Source: an uncultured delta proteobacterium (GTDB lineage: Bacteria; Myxococcota; Myxococcia; Myxococcales; Myxococcaceae). From it: a stretch of 64,000 nucleotides of DNA. The DNA lies in contig CAVYSY010000040.1 in assembly GCA_963771175.1 (NCBI GenBank), positions 64,001 to 128,000 on the forward strand, written 5' to 3'. Position numbers and translations under genes: made by a program. How positions within the stretch are numbered: the first letter of the stretch is position 1; the number at the start of each line of letters is the position of its first letter. A model generated the notes under the pieces. That model was given only the letters and a program-made list of their open reading frames with translations, did not search any database and was not told the DNA's origin. This document shows positions 58,860 to 64,000 of this stretch, piece by piece.

Positions 58860-60116
58860 ATGGAGAACACCCGTAGGCTGTCCGAGGTCGATCCCGAGAT
58901 TGCGAAGGTCCTCCTCGATGAAACGCGCCGCCAGGAAGAGGGCCTGGAGCTCATCGCCTCGGAGAACTTCGTCAGCCCCGCCGTGATGGAGGCCGTGGGC
59001 TCGGTCCTCACGAACAAGTACGCCGAGGGCTACCCCGGCAAGCGCTACTACGGCGGCTGCGAGGTCGTGGACGTGGCGGAGAACCTCGCCATCTCCCGCG
59101 CCAAGGAGCTGTTCGGCGCGGACTACGTCAACGTCCAGCCCCACTCGGGCAGCCAGGCCAACATGGGCGCCTACATGGCCCTCATGAAGCCCGGCGATAC
59201 CATGCTGTCGCTGGACTTGAACTCGGGCGGCCACCTCACCCACGGCGCCGCGTTCAACTTCTCCGGCAAGCTCTACAAGGTCGTCCACTACGGGCTCACC
59301 CGGGACACCGAGACGCTCGACTACGCGCAGGCCGCCGCCCTCGCCAAGGAGCACAAGCCTCGCGTCATCGTCGTGGGCGCCTCGGCCTACCCGCGCACCA
59401 TCGACTTCGCGAAGTTCCGGGAGATCGCCGACAGCGTGGGCGCCGCGCTGATGGTGGACATGGCGCACATCGCCGGCCTCGTGGCCGCGGGCGTGCACCC
59501 CTCGCCCGTGCCGCTGGCGGACTTCGTCACCTCCACCACGCACAAGACGCTGCGGGGCCCTCGTGGCGGCCTGGTGCTGAGCAAGGAGCAGTACGGCAAG
59601 ACGCTCAACAGTCAGATCTTCCCGGGCATCCAGGGCGGTCCGCTGATGCACGTCATCGCCGCCAAGGCCGTGGCCTTCCGCGAGGCCCTCTCCCCCGAGT
59701 TCAAGGCGTACCAGCGGCAGATCGTCGCCAACGCCAAGGCCCTGGCCGAGGCGCTCCAGCGTGGTGGTCTGCGGCTGTGCTCGGGCGGTACGGACAATCA
59801 CCTGATGCTGGTGGACCTGCGGCCCAAGAACCTCGTGGGCAAGGTGGCCGAGGAGGTCCTGGACAAGGCCGGCATCACCGTGAACAAGAACATGATTCCG
59901 TTCGACCCGGAGAAGCCCATGGTGACCTCGGGCGTCCGGATCGGCACGCCGGCCATCACCTCGCGCGGAATGAAGGAGGCCGATATGGCCACCGTCGGCG
60001 CGCTCGTGGTCGAGGCGTTGGATCACTCCTCGGACGAGACGCGGCTGGCCAGCGTCCGCGAGAAGGTGAAGGAGTTCACCCGGAGCTTCCCGCTCTACGC
60101 CTCGCGGCTGAAGTAG
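58860..60116 (+). CDS. glyA: Serine hydroxymethyltransferase
   Basis: [32 protein letters not shown]. Confidence 0.97.
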   Translation: MENTRRLSEVDPEIAKVLLDETRRQEEGLELIASENFVSPAVMEAVGSVLTNKYAEGYPGKRYYGGCEVVDVAENLAISRAKELFGADYVNVQPHSGSQANMGAYMALMKPGDTMLSLDLNSGGHLTHGAAFNFSGKLYKVVHYGLTRDTETLDYAQAAALAKEHKPRVIVVGASAYPRTIDFAKFREIADSVGAALMVDMAHIAGLVAAGVHPSPVPLADFVTSTTHKTLRGPRGGLVLSKEQYGKTLNSQIFPGIQGGPLMHVIAAKAVAFREALSPEFKAYQRQIVANAKALAEALQRGGLRLCSGGTDNHLMLVDLRPKNLVGKVAEEVLDKAGITVNKNMIPFDPEKPMVTSGVRIGTPAITSRGMKEADMATVGALVVEALDHSSDETRLASVREKVKEFTRSFPLYASRLK

Positions 60117-60128
60117 ACGCCACCCTCG

Positions 60129-60626
60129 ATGCGCTGCCCCTTCTGCCAGGACGCCGAGAACAAGGTCATCGACTCGCGCGAGTCGCACGAGGGGTCTGTC
60201 ATCCGTCGGCGTCGCGAGTGCCTCCAGTGCAAGCGGCGCTTCACCACGTACGAGCGGGTGGAGGAACTCTACCCGCTCATCGTGAAGAAGGACGGGCGCC
60301 GGGAGGCGTTCGACCGGGACAAGCTGCTCGCCGGGCTGAAGAAGGCCTGCGAGAAGCGACCGGTATCGGCGGACCAGCTCGAGGAGACGGTGGTCGCCAT
60401 CGAGCGGCTGCTGCAGGGCATGGGTGAGAAGGAGGTGCCCTCGTCGGTGATCGGCGAGGAGGTGATGCGCCGGCTGCACACGCTGGACGAGGTGGCCTAT
60501 GTCCGCTTCGCCTCGGTGTACCGGAGCTTCCGCGACATCTCCGAGTTCATGGAGGAGCTGAAGGACCTGCTGTCGGACCGGACGCGGGAGCTCAAGCCGA
60601 CGCGGCCGGCGGGCAAGGATGGTTGA
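60129..60626 (+). CDS. nrdR: Transcriptional repressor NrdR
   Basis: MRCPFC...RRRREC..C..RFTTYE; ATP-cone; [10 protein letters not shown]. Confidence 0.97.
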   Translation: MRCPFCQDAENKVIDSRESHEGSVIRRRRECLQCKRRFTTYERVEELYPLIVKKDGRREAFDRDKLLAGLKKACEKRPVSADQLEETVVAIERLLQGMGEKEVPSSVIGEEVMRRLHTLDEVAYVRFASVYRSFRDISEFMEELKDLLSDRTRELKPTRPAGKDG

Positions 60627-60632
60627 CGGGCG

Positions 60633-61808
60633 ATGCGGCTCTTGACGCGGGCACGGATGCAGGCACGGCGTACGCCTCGGGCGAAGCGCGCGGCGGACTT
60701 CGACCGGGCGGTGGCCGAGTTCTTCATGCGCCTCGCGCTGGAGGAGGCGGCCAAGGGGCTCGGCCGCACCAGTCCCAACCCGGTGGTGGGGGCGGTGCTG
60801 GTGAAGGGCGGCCGCATCATCGCGCGCGGCTACCATCGGCGTGCGGGCACGGCCCACGCCGAGGTGGTGGCGCTGGAGGCCGCGGGCACCAAGGCGCGCG
60901 GGGCGGACCTCTACACGACGCTGGAGCCGTGCGACCACTACGGGCGCACCCCGCCGTGCAGCCAGGCCATCCTCGATGCCGGCGTGCGTCGGGTCTTCAC
61001 CGGCTCGTCGGACCCGAACCCGAAGGTGAATGGCAAGGGTGTGGCGCGGTTGCGGCGCGCCGGGGTGGAGGTGGTCACCGGCGTGCTGAAGGACGAGGCC
61101 GACAAGCTGAACCGGCCCTTCTTCAAGTCAGTGAGCACCGGCCTGCCCTACGTCACCCTCAAGGCTGCGGTGACGCTGGATGGCAAGCTGGCCACGGCCA
61201 CCGGGGACTCGCGCTGGGTGACGGGTGAGCAGGCCCGCGCGCGGGTGCACCGGCTGCGCGACCAGGTGGACGTCATCCTCGTGGGCGCCAACACCGTCCA
61301 GAAGGACAACCCCCAGCTCACCACCCGACTCGCCGACAGCGGAGGGAAGGATCCGGTGCGCGTGGTGGTGGACTCGCACCTGCGCCTGTCCCCGAAGCTG
61401 ACCGTCTTCACCCAGCGCTCGCCCGCGCGCACCGTGGTGGCCACCCTGGAGGACCCCTCCGGCCGCAAGGCGAAGCGCCTCCTCGCGATGGGGGTCGAGG
61501 TCTGGCGGATGCCCGAGAAGAAAGGGCGCGTGGACCTCGAGGCGCTGATGCGCCGCATCGCCAAGGAAGGGCTCAGCCACGTGTTGGTGGAGGGTGGGGC
61601 GGAGATGTACGGCTCGTTCCTCCGCGAGAAGCTGGCCGATGAGCTGCTCCTCTTCGTCGCTCCCAAGTTGATCGGCAGCGAGGGCCTGTCCTGGACGGGC
61701 TCGCTCGGCGTGAAGCAGATGGCCCGGGCGCTCACGGTGGGGACGCTCGCCTTCGAGCAGGTGGGGGACGATTTGCTCATCCGGGCGCGGCTCTCCGAGT
61801 CGAAGTGA
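60633..61808 (+). CDS. ribD: Riboflavin biosynthesis deaminase/reductase RibD
   Basis: PNPVVG, HAE, TLEPCDHYGRTPPC, SRWVTG, VEGGA. Confidence 0.95.
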   Translation: MRLLTRARMQARRTPRAKRAADFDRAVAEFFMRLALEEAAKGLGRTSPNPVVGAVLVKGGRIIARGYHRRAGTAHAEVVALEAAGTKARGADLYTTLEPCDHYGRTPPCSQAILDAGVRRVFTGSSDPNPKVNGKGVARLRRAGVEVVTGVLKDEADKLNRPFFKSVSTGLPYVTLKAAVTLDGKLATATGDSRWVTGEQARARVHRLRDQVDVILVGANTVQKDNPQLTTRLADSGGKDPVRVVVDSHLRLSPKLTVFTQRSPARTVVATLEDPSGRKAKRLLAMGVEVWRMPEKKGRVDLEALMRRIAKEGLSHVLVEGGAEMYGSFLREKLADELLLFVAPKLIGSEGLSWTGSLGVKQMARALTVGTLAFEQVGDDLLIRARLSESK

Positions 61809-61854
61809 GCCCGCCACTGGGGGACGTCCTCTTCCCGGTGGCTATAGTGGCGGC

Positions 61855-62997
61855 GTGACGGATGTCTTCCGAGTCCAGGTAGCGGCCTCCAGCTCTCGCG
61901 GGGCCGTGTTGGTGTTGGCGCGGGCGTTCCAGCTTCCGTTGGAGGATGCGCGGCGGCTGTTGGCCGAGTCGCGTGTCCTGCCCCGAGACCTGGAGCTGGC
62001 CGAGGCCCAGCGGTTGGTGGAGTCCCTCCGGAAGCAGGGGGTGACCTGCGAGCCGGTGACGGTGGCCGGACATGGCCGGGCCGTGTGCGGCGCCCACCCC
62101 GCGCTGTCTCCCGAGTCTCCCTGCACCGACTGCCGCGAGCTGGTGTGCGTGCTGTGCCGCGACTCGCGGGGAGAGGCGCTCTGCGCGCGGTGCTCCGCCC
62201 TCCGGACCCGCCGCGCGCGTGCCAAGTGGTTGCGAGTCTCCGTGCTGCTCGTCGCCCTGGTGCTCGTCGCGCTCTGGGCCAGCTCCCGCTCCCGCGTCCG
62301 GGAGACCCGCCTGCTGTGGGACCGGCCCCTGGAGGTCGCGGTGGTGCTGCTCGCTCGGGACGAGGTGAAGCCCGAGGTGCGTCAGGCCTGGACCGATGGC
62401 GCGGGTCGACTCGAGGGCTGGCTCCAGCGTGAGGTCCGCCGCTACCGGCCGGACCTGAACCTGCCCGTGCGCTTCGTCCTCGCCGGTCCCGTGCCCACAG
62501 CCGATTTGGAGCTGACTCCGCCCGAGGACTCTCTGGTGGCTCGGGCCCGCCATGCGTGGGCGCTGTCTCGTGCCCTGTCCGCCGTGGATGAGGCCGCGGG
62601 TCTGTCCTCGCGCCGGCTGGATGCCCGCATCTACGTGGTGCTGGAGCCGGCGGGCGAGGGGGGCGAGCGTCTGGTGGAGGGCATGGCCGAGGCGGGCGGC
62701 TCCGTGGGTCTGGTGCGCGGGGTGCTGGGAGACACGAACCTCACCCTGGAACTGACCGCGGTGGCTCATGAGCTCTTCCACTGCCTGGGCGCGGTGGACG
62801 CCTATGACGAGCAGGGCCACGCGCGCGTGCCCGAGGGACTCGTGGAGCCCCAGCGCCAGCCCCTCTATCCCCAGCCCGCCGCCGAGGTGATGGTGGGCGA
62901 GGTTCCAGTAGGCGAGGCCCAAGGTCGCCTGCCCGAGTCGCTGGATGAGGTGCGCGTGGGTCCCGCTACGGCGGCGGCCCTGCGCTGGGCTCCGTAG
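61855..62997 (+). CDS. Membrane protein with B-box-like Cys/His cluster and C-terminal HExxH zincin-like domain
   Basis: CGAHP..CTDC..VCVLC..LCARC; one TM; AHELFHCLGA. Confidence 0.7.
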   Translation: MTDVFRVQVAASSSRGAVLVLARAFQLPLEDARRLLAESRVLPRDLELAEAQRLVESLRKQGVTCEPVTVAGHGRAVCGAHPALSPESPCTDCRELVCVLCRDSRGEALCARCSALRTRRARAKWLRVSVLLVALVLVALWASSRSRVRETRLLWDRPLEVAVVLLARDEVKPEVRQAWTDGAGRLEGWLQREVRRYRPDLNLPVRFVLAGPVPTADLELTPPEDSLVARARHAWALSRALSAVDEAAGLSSRRLDARIYVVLEPAGEGGERLVEGMAEAGGSVGLVRGVLGDTNLTLELTAVAHELFHCLGAVDAYDEQGHARVPEGLVEPQRQPLYPQPAAEVMVGEVPVGEAQGRLPESLDEVRVGPATAAALRWAP

Positions 62998-63070
62998 GGG
63001 AGGGGCGCGCCGCCAGCAATCCGAAGAAGGTCCGTGCAGGAGGGGGCCTCCGGACGCGTGCTCGCGCAAG

Positions 63071-63285
63071 TGGTCCGATTGTCGGACCAGTTCGTGACGA
63101 TCGCGGCCGGGAGGTCGGCGACTCTCGAAGGTCAGGGGACCCTCCGGGCTCGATGTTGATCAACTTGTCCGTTTAGTGGACAAGTTCGCGAAAAGCGCGC
63201 CCGGAAGACTGGTGGTTCTCGGAGGACAGGACACCTCTCCGGGCTTGGTTCCGAAAAACCTGTCCGACTGTCGGACAGGTTTTTC
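63071..63285. repeat. Three related GTCC-N7-GGAC palindromes at about 95-bp spacing
   Basis: Centres at 63080, 63174 and 63269; arms of 8, 9 and 16 bp. Confidence 0.7.
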
Positions 63286-63420
63286 AAGAGCGCGACCGGG
63301 AGGACTGTGGGCCTTTCGGAGGGGGGCGTGTGCGATGCGCACTCGCGGACGCTGTTCGTCACCCCTGAAGGGACTGACTTCGGATGGCTTGGAACGGCTC
63401 GAAGCAGCAGAACGTGGGAT

Positions 63421-64000
63421 TCAGGGCACGGGCGCCGCGGCCGTCCGGGTCTCGGAACCGGAGCCGGAGCGCGCGCGCTTCAGCAAGGGTTCCACCTCGG
63501 CGCGCACGTCCGCCGGAGCGATCTTCAGGGCGTGCTCGAGCTTCGGCAGGGCCTCGGCGGGTCGGTCCCTGGCCAGGAGCAGCTCTCCCTGTCCCAGGAG
63601 TCCCTCGGCATAGCCCCGAGGTTCGGGACTCGGCCTCTTCTCCCAGAGCACCCGCGCACGTTCCAGGTCGCGCTCGGCCTCTTCCCAGCGTCCCAGGCGC
63701 ACCAGGACCCGGCCCAGGCCGTCGAGCGACTCCGCCACGGAGGGGTGCTCGGGCCCCAGCGCCTTTTCCCGGAGGGCCAGCGCGCCCTCGTACCGCGCCC
63801 GCGCCTCCTCGTTCCTGCCCAGCGCCCGGAGCACATCGCCCAGGTCATTGAGCGAGATGGCGAGATCAGGGTGTCCGGGCTCCAGGGCCTTCTGCTGGAT
63901 GGCCAGTGCGCGCTCGTGCCGCGCCTTCGCCTCGGCGTACCTGCCCATGGCCTGGAACACCTGGCCCAGATCGTTGAGCGAGCTGGCCACATCTGGATGA
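63421..64000 (-). CDS. C-terminal TPR region of a larger protein (typical of myxobacterial Ser/Thr kinases); 5' part outside window
   Basis: Repeats of HPxxAxSLNDLG...ERALA..EKAL. Confidence 0.75.
   Translation of the reverse strand, partial: HPDVASSLNDLGQVFQAMGRYAEAKARHERALAIQQKALEPGHPDLAISLNDLGDVLRALGRNEEARARYEGALALREKALGPEHPSVAESLDGLGRVLVRLGRWEEAERDLERARVLWEKRPSPEPRGYAEGLLGQGELLLARDRPAEALPKLEHALKIAPADVRAEVEPLLKRARSGSGSETRTAAAPVP

Noticed and set aside
63071..63285. CRISPR array
   Set aside because: Only three dissimilar units with a period of about 95 bp and no cas genes; kept only as a palindrome array.

Overview
High-GC myxobacterial (Cystobacterineae-like, inferred from gene content) chromosomal window. 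It has many single-base frameshifts that also hit essential genes (fabG, fabF), so they are most likely assembly indels. Left to right: the end of the gliding-motility cluster (gltI/agmK, gltJ/agmX); Cys-rich and MORN-type proteins; a RelA/SpoT-like TIGR04552-type gene; a low-GC Ig-like lipoprotein; ffh; tRNA-Leu(TAA) and tRNA-Arg(CCG). Next is a phosphate-regulon block (phoB-phoR, metallophosphoesterase, sixA, second phoB-like regulator, porin, pstSCAB-phoU, GT21 glycosyltransferase) with 11-bp-period Pho-box-like repeats, then a lipoprotein nuclease/immunity-like pair and yceD. About 14.7 kb of accessory genes separate yceD from an inverted rpmF, followed by plsX-fabH-fabD-fabG-acpP-fabF-rpiB-glyA-nrdR-ribD. 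The most striking feature is a closely packed, partly translationally coupled operon (44542-52290). It encodes a ferredoxin/flavin-oxidoreductase/His-bearing membrane fusion, three exported multiheme cytochromes (20, 10 and 11+1 heme-binding motifs) and an outer-membrane beta-barrel: a candidate complete cytoplasm-to-surface electron conduit. No CRISPR array, rRNA, integrase or transposase was seen.
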